A DNA stretch of 64,000 bases from Planctomycetota bacterium (GTDB lineage: Bacteria > Planctomycetota > Planctomycetia > Pirellulales > Lacipirellulaceae): the NCBI GenBank assembly GCA_039190745.1, contig JBCCXZ010000001.1:32001-96000 (forward strand), written 5' to 3'. Made by a program: the position numbers and the translations under genes. This document shows, piece after piece, positions 1 through 8,606 of the stretch. The first letter of the stretch is position 1. Each line of letters opens with the position of its first letter. Below the pieces are notes generated by a model that was not told the origin of the DNA, made no database searches, and worked only from the letters and a program-made list of their open reading frames with translations.

Positions 1-254
1 CCGATCTCAGAAAAACCATCGTGGCAGGCAGCGGGCGGGTGGAGTCGGAATGAAAACTCCTGCTCTCCCCTATCGGTCGCCTTGGGGATCGCGGATACAG
101 GCGTCCAACGCAAGCGATCACCCCAACTGAGCGGGGCCATCAGAGTGTGGAGCTCGTGAAACCCGTCTTCGCGTTTCCCCAGCACCTGCAGAGAGAGATT
201 TACTTTTGCCGGGGCAAATCGGGTGAGCGGCTGATCAGAACGGCGAGGTCGCAT
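1..254 (-). CDS. ispE: 4-diphosphocytidyl-2-C-methyl-D-erythritol kinase, 5' part (runs off window start; absent from ORF track)
   Basis: Manual translation from ATG at 254: [39 protein letters not shown], the IspE N-terminal PAKxNLxLxVxGxRxDGxHxL motif. Frame stays open to position 1. Confidence 0.93.
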   Translation of the reverse strand, partial: MRPRRSDQPLTRFAPAKVNLSLQVLGKREDGFHELHTLMAPLSWGDRLRWTPVSAIPKATDRGEQEFSFRLHPPAACHDGFSEI

Positions 255-618
255 CAATGGCGCCCAGTTTCTTGGCTGGCCCGGACTTCTGACTTGTCCG
301 TGTGTTCGGCTTGTTTGCCGGCGTCTCTCCTAAGCTGCTCACCACACGCTGATCGCTCGCTGCACTCGCGTCCGGGTGGTTCGTCGTTCGGGCATTCCGC
401 GTCAGAAAGCGGCGACCAAAAGCGACGAAAACTCTCTGCCACGCTTGTGTTGCACAATATTGATGGCGTCTAATCTTAGCGCTTCCCTTGAAAAAGGTCA
501 ACGGAATCTACGCATAGACACGCATCGCGATTGTCGTAACGTCTTGTTCTTGATTGGTGATACGGCTTGCGTGGAGTGAATTACCTACGGGTTACTGTGT
601 GGAGGGGCAATCTAGGCG

Positions 619-1584
619 GTGGGATTTGTGGCAGACCTAAAGCAGTTCGCGCGGGGCGTGTTGATGGGGGGCGCGGACATCATCCCCGGCGTCTCCGGCG
701 GGACCGTCGCGTTAGTCCTCGGCATCTACGCACGGCTGGTCTCGGCGGTGAGCCGGTTCGATTCAACGGCACTACGCCTGCTCTTCAGCCGCCAGTTCCG
801 ATCGGCCGCCGAGCACGTGGACCTGCGGTTCTTGGCCGCTCTGGGGGCCGGTGTGCTCAGCGGCGTTGTATCGCTGGCGGCGACGATGCGCTACCTCCTC
901 CAAGAGCATCGAGGCCCGACGATGGCGGTTTTCTTTGGGTTGATCCTCGCCTCGAGCTTAATGGTCGCCCGCCTGGTCCGCGCCGAATCGGCCGCTGACC
1001 GGATGCGTGCGGCGCTGTTGGGCGTGGCCGGTGCAGTGTTTGCCTACTGGGTCGTCGGTCTCGATCAGTTGCGTTTCTACGACCACCCGGCTTACTTCTT
1101 TGGGTGCGGCTCGATCGCCATCTGCGCGATGATCCTCCCCGGCATCAGCGGGGCGTACATCCTTTGGCTACTCGGCGCGTATGAAGCCGTGACGGGGCTC
1201 ATCGGGAAGGCACGCCACTTCTCGATGACCGGCGATGACCTTCTTGCCTTAGTGGCCTTTGCCTGCGGTTGCGCCGTGGGGTTGCTCGGCTTCAGCAAGG
1301 TGCTCCGGGTGCTTCTCGAACGGGCCTACTCGACGACGCTCGCCGTCCTGGGCGGCTTCATGGTCGGGTCGCTGCGTGGGTTGTGGCCGTTCCAAACGCT
1401 GCTCAATCCCGAAGAGACTGAGATGAAGCTGCGACGATACGAGCCGTTTATGCCTTCGTCGCTCGATCGTGAAGCGGCGTTCGCCTTCGGCTTGATGATC
1501 GTTGCGGCGGGGGCCCTGCTCTTGCTCGACCGCGTTGCAGGGCAGAGGCGAAAGGCCGGGGTGGATCCACCGGCTTCGACTTAG
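619..1584 (+). CDS. DUF368 family membrane protein (putative undecaprenyl-phosphate translocase)
   Basis: Duplicated motifs GGADIIPGVSGGTVA and AMILPGISG, many TM segments. GTG start after GGAGG. Confidence 0.9.
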   Translation: MGFVADLKQFARGVLMGGADIIPGVSGGTVALVLGIYARLVSAVSRFDSTALRLLFSRQFRSAAEHVDLRFLAALGAGVLSGVVSLAATMRYLLQEHRGPTMAVFFGLILASSLMVARLVRAESAADRMRAALLGVAGAVFAYWVVGLDQLRFYDHPAYFFGCGSIAICAMILPGISGAYILWLLGAYEAVTGLIGKARHFSMTGDDLLALVAFACGCAVGLLGFSKVLRVLLERAYSTTLAVLGGFMVGSLRGLWPFQTLLNPEETEMKLRRYEPFMPSSLDREAAFAFGLMIVAAGALLLLDRVAGQRRKAGVDPPAST

Positions 1585-1596
1585 TCGTAAGCATCT

Positions 1597-2205
1597 TTAG
1601 TCGGAAGCATCGAGCTGGGCGGCGATCTCCCGGATGCGGGCCTGGATTTCTTCCACGGCCCCCGAAGCGTCGATGACGTGCATCGTCTCGGGCGCGCGTC
1701 GGGCTTCGAGGAGAAACCCGTTGCGGACCTTTTGCCGGTAATCGGCGCCACGGCTCTCGATACGGTCGGGTTCCCGGCCGATCCGCGCGAGCGCCGCGTC
1801 TGGGTCCATGTCGAAGAGGAACGTGCAGTCGGGCCGCAGCCCCCCGGTGGCGGCTTGGCCGACGGCGCGCACCTGTTCGACATCGAGCCCGCCGGCGTGG
1901 CCCTGGTAGACGATGTTGGCGGTCACGAACCGATCGGAGACGATGGTTTCTCCACGGTCGAGCGCGGGCCGGATGACCTGCTCCACGAGCTGCGCGCGGG
2001 AGGCCATGTAGAGGAGCATCTCTGCATTGAGCCCGACCTGGGTCTCGTCGTGCAGCAGCAGGCTCCGGACCCGCTCGCCGAGTTCCGTTCCGCCGGGGTC
2101 ACGGCAGGTGACAACCGACTGGCCCCGCTCTGCGAGCCATTCACAGAAGAGCCGCAACTGGGTCGACTTGCCTGCGCCGTCGATTCCGTCGAAGCAGTAG
2201 AACAT
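1597..2205 (-). CDS. tmk: Thymidylate (dTMP) kinase
   Basis: P-loop DGIDGAGKSTQ, RDPGGT, LLYMASRAQ, SDRF, PD motif. Confidence 0.96.
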   Translation of the reverse strand: MFYCFDGIDGAGKSTQLRLFCEWLAERGQSVVTCRDPGGTELGERVRSLLLHDETQVGLNAEMLLYMASRAQLVEQVIRPALDRGETIVSDRFVTANIVYQGHAGGLDVEQVRAVGQAATGGLRPDCTFLFDMDPDAALARIGREPDRIESRGADYRQKVRNGFLLEARRAPETMHVIDASGAVEEIQARIREIAAQLDASD

Positions 2206-2309
2206 CTTGCGGGGACCCTGGTGACGAAGGCCCAGATGCCGGGCGGCTTGCGGGCTGCTGTGGTTCTACAATGGCGGAGCGGTTGGCCCCAGGGGCCTGC
2301 CGACCAGAT

Positions 2310-3308
2310 TCAGGCCTCTTCTGCCGGAGCGTCAGCCTGCTCGTTGTAAAGCCGGTGCATGGCGGCGGCCCGGCCGGCTACGATCGCCCGGAGCCTCGCG
2401 GGGCGGATCACCTCGGCCTGGTCGCCGTAGCCGAGCAGCCACCAGGTGATCTCCGAGAGCCCCGACACTCGGCAGTGGAAGTCGATCGAGCCGTCTTGCC
2501 GCTGTTCGATCTCCTGCGTTTTGTGCCACACGACCTCGGCCACATTGCGGGCCACGAGCGGCTGGAAGCGTATCGTGACGTCGTAATCGCGTCCTTCGGA
2601 GGGGATCAGGTGCCACGCGTTGCCGAGGTAGCGGTCGACGCTGAACCCCCGCGGCATGGCGTACTTCTCTTTGAGTTTGGTGAGTCTCGTGATGCGGCTG
2701 ACGTTGAAGGTGCGGGGCTTGTCGTGCAGCGAGCTGCGGCCGATGACGTACCAGCTCCGTCGGCTGAAGATCAGCCGGTAGGGGCGGAGCTTGGTGGTAA
2801 TGACTTCGTATTCGGTGAAGCTGTCGTACTCCATACGCAGCACACGCCTCTCGGCGATGGCGTCGACGAGTTGCTCGTAGTGAGACTGCTGCTGGTCGAG
2901 CGGGTTGATCTGGTCGACGCGTACCTGGATAGCCCTGGTGAGCGTGCGGACTTCGTCGCGGAGGGCGCCGGGGAGGCTGCTCTCGAGTTTCAAAGCCGCG
3001 GCGCGGGCGGGTTCGAGGAACGGCAGCGGGTCGTTCGGCCCGAGTTTCCCCGCGAGCACCAGCAGAGAGAGCGCCTCGGCCGGGGTGAAGTTCGTCGAGG
3101 GCAGAAAGAAGCTCTCGGGGATCGAGTACCGGTCGTCGGCCTTATCGAAGTGCAGAGGGACTCCGGCTTCGCGGAGCGTTTCTAAGTCCCGGAAGATTGT
3201 GCGGCGACCCACGCCGCACGCGGCGGCGAGGCCGTCAGCGTTCTGCCCCTGGCCGGACTGCAGGGTCTGCAGCAGCTTCAGCAGGCGTGTGGTCCGCTTG
3301 AGGTTCAT
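2310..3308 (-). CDS. HTH-WYL-WCX transcriptional regulator (YafY/PafC/DriD-like)
   Basis: N-terminal wHTH (LAAACGVGRRTIFRDLETLREAG), WYL domain (LRPYRLIF..RSWYVIG..RTFNVSRI), C-terminal WLLGYGDQAEVIRP. Start taken at MNLKRTTRLL rather than the ORF-track extension. Confidence 0.92.
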   Translation of the reverse strand: MNLKRTTRLLKLLQTLQSGQGQNADGLAAACGVGRRTIFRDLETLREAGVPLHFDKADDRYSIPESFFLPSTNFTPAEALSLLVLAGKLGPNDPLPFLEPARAAALKLESSLPGALRDEVRTLTRAIQVRVDQINPLDQQQSHYEQLVDAIAERRVLRMEYDSFTEYEVITTKLRPYRLIFSRRSWYVIGRSSLHDKPRTFNVSRITRLTKLKEKYAMPRGFSVDRYLGNAWHLIPSEGRDYDVTIRFQPLVARNVAEVVWHKTQEIEQRQDGSIDFHCRVSGLSEITWWLLGYGDQAEVIRPARLRAIVAGRAAAMHRLYNEQADAPAEEA

Positions 3309-5742
3309 AGGCGGCGGGCGGCTTCGGGCGGGTTCGTCGGATAGGCGGCATGCCGCGGGTGGTGGCGTCGATCCAGGCCTGGAGCTGCGGTTTGGTTGGT
3401 GAATGGAAACTCTTGGGATTGGCGGGTTGGTCGCTGGCCGGGTTCGTTGCCGATGGAGCCCTATCATGCACGCTGTCAGTCGCCGCGGCGAGTGAAACGG
3501 CCGCTTGGTTTTGCCCCGAGTCGGCTTGGGACCCGCCGGTTGCCGGCAGGGGCATGAGCTGAGTTTCCGATGCGGAGGAGGCGTCGCCCGGCTTGGTGAC
3601 CGGCGCCGCTTGGTCGGAGTTAGACTGCTGCGGCTCGGGGAGCGGGTCGACGCTCTCGCCTTCGGGGACGATGATCGGGCCCTCGCCGGCTTCGTTTGCC
3701 TCAACAGGCTCGGGTGTGCCGATGCTCTCGAAGCCTTGGTGCTGCGGGACGGGGCCGCGGCTGATGGCCCCGGGCAGGGTGAGGCCGTAGTTGATCCTGT
3801 GTTGAGCGTTCCGCTGACGGGCACGCCGCAAGGCGTCGAACTGCGCCTTGTTCGCCCAGGGCCCCTCGGAGAGGTAGACGCCGTTGTACTCCAGCAGCGA
3901 GCCCTTGCGGAAATGCGCCCGCATGATGGCCCGGTTGTAGTCGGCAAGCGACCGGTGGTAGGAAGACTCGGCCTCCGAGCGGCGGCGTTGGGCGTCGAGG
4001 AGTTGGTCGAGCGTCACGCGGCCCTGGCGGTACACGGCCTCGACGGCGTCCACTTCGTCCTGAGCAGCAACGAGGCGGTTGAAGAACGTCTGTGTCTGTC
4101 CGTAATTGAGGTCGATATCACGGATCGCGTCGCTGAGCTGGTGCGAGACTTCGAGTTCGAGGTCCTGCAGGACGGCCCGTTCTTTAGCGAGCAGCAGTTG
4201 CTGGTGCCGCACGCCGGCCAGTGCGCTGCGGAAGCCGATGGGCATGCTGAACTGCAGGCCGAGTTCCCACTCTTGGAAGTCGCCCTCGGTGAGGACGCTC
4301 CAGGCGTCGGAGCCGGGCTGGAAGATCTCGATGTTGTTCCGCGAGCTGTCGATCAACTGGTCGCCGGCTCCGAGCCAGCGGTAGCGGCCTGTCGCGTCCA
4401 AACGCGGCATGAGGTTGTTCTTCGCGGCGATCAGCTCGAGCTCTCGTCGCTTGATCTGCCACTTCTGTTGGCGGAGCTCCGGTCGGCGGGCCAGCGATTC
4501 GACGTGCACAGTCGACCAATCAAAGTCGACGCGGGCGACGGTCGGCTGGTCGCTCGGGCGGACGAGCCGGCCGTCCGAGGCGGGCAGCCCCATCATGTAG
4601 CGGAGGCGGTTCTCGACGCGGAAGAGGAACGTCAGCCGTTGCTCGACCTGCGCGCGGAAGAGGTAGTACTGCGATCGGGACTGGGCCTCGCGGTCGGCCT
4701 CGCCGCCGAGGCTGCCGACCCGTTGGAGGGCCTTCACCTTCCGCCAGGTTTCTAGTGCGCTGTCGCGGCCGACTTTCTGGGCTTCCAGGTCGCGGTACGC
4801 GAAGTAGAGCTCCCAGTAGGCGTCTTCGACGTCACGCATTAGGCTGATGACGCCGGTCTCGAACTGGGCCAGCGTGACGTCTTCTCGGATGCGTGCGATC
4901 ATGACGCCGTCGATTTGGTTCGGCGCGCCTGCGGCCTGCGAGGCGAACGACTGGGGGCCGGCGATGCGGTTGTATTGGGTGCCGGCGCCCTGCAACAACG
5001 GGCGGCTGAAGGCCGCCTCGAGGTTAGTGCCCCATTCACTGGGGGCGATGCGGCCGCCGTTGGTGTTGGCGTCGTAGTTGGTGTTGCCTCGGAACTCCCA
5101 AATCGTGCCGTCGGCGGTGTTCTTTGTGATGCCGAGGGTCGCGTTCGAGAGGTCCTGCTGGAACTCTGGGGCGAAGAGCGAGGCGCCGCCGCCGATGGGG
5201 ATGTCGAAGTTTTGCGGGCGGTCGTTCTTCTGCCAGACGATGCTGCTGTCGAGCACCGCGTCGAAGGCGGCGAGGGCGGCCTCGGCGCCGGTGCCGGAGA
5301 ATTGGTTGCCGTTGCCGACACCGTTGCCGCTGGCTACGAGCGACGGGTCGTAAGTGCTGACTACGCCGCCGGGGTTGTTGGAGATCGTCTCGGGGGTGGT
5401 TGAGGAGATGTTTGTCTGGTCCAGGATCCGCCCGCCGAGTTGCCGGATGACCTGGCTGTTGGCGAGCGTGATGCGGGTGACTTCTTCGAGGGTGAGGTCC
5501 CAGATGTCGAAGTCGTCTGCGTTGGCGATGGTCAGCGGCGACTGGGCGTGGGTCACCTCGTCGAGGGTGCGGACGTTGACGTTCGGGTACTCGATGTCCG
5601 AGGCGACGTCGACGTAGTGCTGCAGCCCGCCGCCGGCGTGCTCCTTCCCTGAGAAGAAGAAGGGCTGCTGCGGGTGGCAGCCGGTGGCAAAGACCACCGC
5701 TGCCATCGCGACCGAGATTGTCGACCTGTGCTGCCGATTCAT
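3235..5742 (-). CDS. TolC-family outer-membrane efflux protein-like lipoprotein with low-complexity C-terminal tail
   Basis: Lipobox-like VFATGC. OEP features: VEDAYWELY, RRPEL, PRLD, LQFSMPIG, QLLDAQ. Start taken at MNRQHR (5742). Confidence 0.85.
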   Translation of the reverse strand: MNRQHRSTISVAMAAVVFATGCHPQQPFFFSGKEHAGGGLQHYVDVASDIEYPNVNVRTLDEVTHAQSPLTIANADDFDIWDLTLEEVTRITLANSQVIRQLGGRILDQTNISSTTPETISNNPGGVVSTYDPSLVASGNGVGNGNQFSGTGAEAALAAFDAVLDSSIVWQKNDRPQNFDIPIGGGASLFAPEFQQDLSNATLGITKNTADGTIWEFRGNTNYDANTNGGRIAPSEWGTNLEAAFSRPLLQGAGTQYNRIAGPQSFASQAAGAPNQIDGVMIARIREDVTLAQFETGVISLMRDVEDAYWELYFAYRDLEAQKVGRDSALETWRKVKALQRVGSLGGEADREAQSRSQYYLFRAQVEQRLTFLFRVENRLRYMMGLPASDGRLVRPSDQPTVARVDFDWSTVHVESLARRPELRQQKWQIKRRELELIAAKNNLMPRLDATGRYRWLGAGDQLIDSSRNNIEIFQPGSDAWSVLTEGDFQEWELGLQFSMPIGFRSALAGVRHQQLLLAKERAVLQDLELEVSHQLSDAIRDIDLNYGQTQTFFNRLVAAQDEVDAVEAVYRQGRVTLDQLLDAQRRRSEAESSYHRSLADYNRAIMRAHFRKGSLLEYNGVYLSEGPWANKAQFDALRRARQRNAQHRINYGLTLPGAISRGPVPQHQGFESIGTPEPVEANEAGEGPIIVPEGESVDPLPEPQQSNSDQAAPVTKPGDASSASETQLMPLPATGGSQADSGQNQAAVSLAAATDSVHDRAPSATNPASDQPANPKSFHSPTKPQLQAWIDATTRGMPPIRRTRPKPPAAYEPQADHTPAEAAADPAVRPGAER

Positions 5743-5914
5743 GTGCTGAGGCGTTCCTGGCTTTGGACCGGTCGCCGAGGGGGAGGCCGATCGGATGCAC
5801 TCGTTTGCCGGACGGCTACGCGGCCGCCTTGCCTTGCTGGCGCCTTTCGGGGGCGGCGCACAGGTACGGGCGCAGCCTCCGGAGGAAGATCCGGCACAAC
5901 TGTTATCGTCGACC

Positions 5915-5945
5915 CAACCCGCAAACTTTGACAAAGTTAGGGTTG
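5915..5945. promoter_or_regulatory. Palindromic putative operator upstream of the tolC-like/WYL unit
   Basis: CAACCC-GCA-AACTTTG-A-CAAAGTT-A-GGGTTG: perfect 7-bp inner arms (5924-5938) plus 6-bp outer arms. Contains TTGACA/TTGTCA. Confidence 0.45.
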
Positions 5946-5988
5946 TGCTGCGCGGGGCGAACTTCACCGGCCTGCTAGCGGCGGCGAG

Positions 5989-6474
5989 TTAGACGCCCGA
6001 GCCTTGAAAGACCGAGAGGCCCGGCCCGGTTTGGCCCGATTCGAACTCGGCCTCGCGGGCCTTGAGTTGGCCGGCGGCGATGTAGCGATCGAATTCAATC
6101 GCGATCGCTGCTTCGACCCTTTCGGCGAGCCAAGACAGCACTGCTGGCGGCAGCTCGCCGCAGGTGTTGCTGGTGAGGCGGGACTCGATGTCGACCGCGG
6201 CGGTCTTCCGGTCACCGGCGTCGGTTAGGACGGCCCCCTCGAACTCGAAGCGGAGCAGCCCCTCGACGTCGGAGTTGGCCGTGCGGAACACGCACCGGGC
6301 GTCGTAGAGAAAATAGGCGCGGCCCGCGTCGTGCTTCTCGACCATCCGCTTGAGATGCTCGATCCGCTTTCGGAAAGACTCGGAGGCGTCGAGCGGGACG
6401 TCCACTCGGCCGACCCGCTTCAGCGGCAGGCAGTCGAACTGGATCTCAACCACAGGGTCGTCGGTAGCGTCCAT
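5989..6474 (-). CDS. Conserved-looking hypothetical protein
   Basis: 161-aa ORF with normal globular composition, co-oriented 9 nt after the upstream gene. Confidence 0.7.
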   Translation of the reverse strand: MDATDDPVVEIQFDCLPLKRVGRVDVPLDASESFRKRIEHLKRMVEKHDAGRAYFLYDARCVFRTANSDVEGLLRFEFEGAVLTDAGDRKTAAVDIESRLTSNTCGELPPAVLSWLAERVEAAIAIEFDRYIAAGQLKAREAEFESGQTGPGLSVFQGSGV

Positions 6475-6483
6475 TAAGGCAGT

Positions 6484-8430
6484 CTACCGTTTCGGCAGCG
6501 ACCACACTACGGTGAGCCAGCCGCCGTCGCAGTCGATCTGGTTGAGCACCAATGGTCGGTCTTCGAAGCCTTTTACGGGGAGTCTAACGCCTTCGATGGG
6601 GATCTCGGAGGGGAAGCCTTGGCCGGTTTCGGCGCGGGCGTTCATGTTGCCCGATAGCGTGCGGCGGAGGCTGAGCTGCTTGGCGGTCAGCTTCGAGTCC
6701 CACTCGGGGTCGAAGCCCGTGGGGAAGGCGTCAACCGGGCCGGACTTCCGGAGGAGGATCCCGCTGCCGGAAGCCGCGACTTCGTAAGTGACCACCAGGT
6801 CCCAGTTCTTGAGCGGCTCTTCCAGGGCGGTCGAGCCGAGCTCCTCGGCACGCAAGCGGATCGTGGCAACCTGGCCGTCGAACGTCACGCTTGCCGGGCG
6901 GCTCCGGTTGAGCTGCATAAACCATGGTTCGAACCCCGCGTTGTCGGTCGGCTCCGGGGCGGCGCCTTGGGTCGCAGTGGTTTCTTTGCGAGTGGAGAGT
7001 TGCTTCAGCCACTTCGGCGCATTGCCAACAAGCTGCGGTTGCTCGGAAGGGTTGTCTTGTTTGATCACAAGTCCCCCGACCAAGAGCGGCAGCACGTTGT
7101 CGACAGCCGATTCGTGGAGCTGGAACACGATGTCGCCGTCCGCTGCGACTGGGGGCTGGGTGTCGGTCGCCAGGTGGCCGCGGGCCGCGACGGCAGTCAG
7201 CAGGGATACGGCCTCGCTCGAAGAGCTCAGCCTTAGCAGACGCGGCAGTGCGTTGCGACGGGTGAGGGGCAGGATGACTTTTTCTTGATAGTTAGCGTTG
7301 CCCTGGGCGATCGCGTCACGGACCTGCTCGTCGAACCCGGCGGCGACTTTGCGTTTTGCTTTCTGAGTCGCTTCGCGTTCGGCGCAGGGCTTCGACTCGC
7401 AGGCCTTCTTCCAGGCGATTTTCTCGATGAGCTTCTTCCCGACCTTGCCGCCGGTCTTTTGGATCGAACGGATGTTCGTGTTGGTTTTCGCCTGCACCGT
7501 CGACGGGCTCGCGGCAAGATTCTCGCCGTCGGCGGTCACGACGCTCGATGCGCAGAAATCGGTCCGCCCGTTGCTGTAGATGCAGACCGGCTTGCGGCTG
7601 CCGGTGGTGCGGCTGTTGATGACGCCTTCAAAGTGCAGGGCGACCTTGACCTGGTCCGGGCTTTCGAGCGGTTTGACTCGGACCACTCCCGTGGTGTGGG
7701 CGGTGCCGCGGATCGGGGTGCCCTGGATGGTGTCGCGGACGGGCTGCTGTTGAGAAATGGGGCGGCTGGCAACGCCGTTGACGGCGGTCTCGGAGATGCG
7801 TGCGATGAGGTTGGGTTTCTCATAGCCTGCCTCGACGGTTGCGGTGACGTCCGCGGCGGCGCCGAGCCGCTGCAGTGAGCCGATGGCCTCCCCGATCTTC
7901 CAGCGGGTCTCGGGCGTTGGCCGCTCCGCGTGGCGGCGGAGTTGCTCCTGCAAGCCTTCGAGCCGCTTCCGGTAAATCGGCAGCGGGTCGCGGGCCCGTC
8001 CGACGGCGACCCAGAAGGCCGCTTCGCGGTAGTGTTCCACCGCGTCGGCCAGCGCGACGAACTCGGGCAGTTCCAGTCCGGGGTGATTGGCCCGCAGTTT
8101 CATCAGCATCGCGTCGAGGCCGAGCAGGTCGCGGCGCGTCAGCGGAGGCGCCTCGCCGAATTGCGGCTCTAGGGCCTGCCAACCGAGGTAAGTTTGCCAC
8201 GCACGCCAGGCATCGGGGTCGGGCGAGAGCCTTTCCTCAAGCCGCTGTGCCGCGGCTTGTAGCGAGTTTTGGAAGTTCTCGAAGCGGCTCTGAGGCAGGG
8301 GCTCGGCTTCTGTGAGTGCCGCCTTTATGGCAGCGGTTACCGCGGCCTCCTCCGCCGTGGCGAGGCAGGCAGGAGCGGCTAGATAGCCAGATAGGCAAAG
8401 CAGGGCGGCCGCAAGGGCTCGTCGTGGCAT
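6484..8430 (-). CDS. Secreted hypothetical protein (helical N-half, beta-rich C-half)
   Basis: Signal peptide MPRRALAAALLCLSG..., 648 aa, high-GC3 codon usage. Confidence 0.78.
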   Translation of the reverse strand: MPRRALAAALLCLSGYLAAPACLATAEEAAVTAAIKAALTEAEPLPQSRFENFQNSLQAAAQRLEERLSPDPDAWRAWQTYLGWQALEPQFGEAPPLTRRDLLGLDAMLMKLRANHPGLELPEFVALADAVEHYREAAFWVAVGRARDPLPIYRKRLEGLQEQLRRHAERPTPETRWKIGEAIGSLQRLGAAADVTATVEAGYEKPNLIARISETAVNGVASRPISQQQPVRDTIQGTPIRGTAHTTGVVRVKPLESPDQVKVALHFEGVINSRTTGSRKPVCIYSNGRTDFCASSVVTADGENLAASPSTVQAKTNTNIRSIQKTGGKVGKKLIEKIAWKKACESKPCAEREATQKAKRKVAAGFDEQVRDAIAQGNANYQEKVILPLTRRNALPRLLRLSSSSEAVSLLTAVAARGHLATDTQPPVAADGDIVFQLHESAVDNVLPLLVGGLVIKQDNPSEQPQLVGNAPKWLKQLSTRKETTATQGAAPEPTDNAGFEPWFMQLNRSRPASVTFDGQVATIRLRAEELGSTALEEPLKNWDLVVTYEVAASGSGILLRKSGPVDAFPTGFDPEWDSKLTAKQLSLRRTLSGNMNARAETGQGFPSEIPIEGVRLPVKGFEDRPLVLNQIDCDGGWLTVVWSLPKR

Positions 8431-8606
8431 CGTCTTCTGTTTCCGGAGATTTTCCGCGGCTGAGACCGCTTAGGCGTCTGGACCGGCGGCCGGGGCTCCG
8501 GAGAGTGTACCTCAAATTGGGCAAACTAGAGAGACGATTACGCCGGATGGTGCGATTAGGACCCCGGCCGTGAGAGTCGAATAGGCGGTTTGAGGGCTTC
8601 GCAGCC

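Noticed and set aside
2310..3308. WYL gene as marker of an anti-phage defence island
   Set aside because: Neighbours are tmk and envelope genes. No recognisable defence effectors nearby.
3309..3947. N-terminal extension of the WYL ORF in the track (545 aa)
   Set aside because: Low-complexity alternative frame of the TolC-like gene. The HTH starts at ATG 3308.
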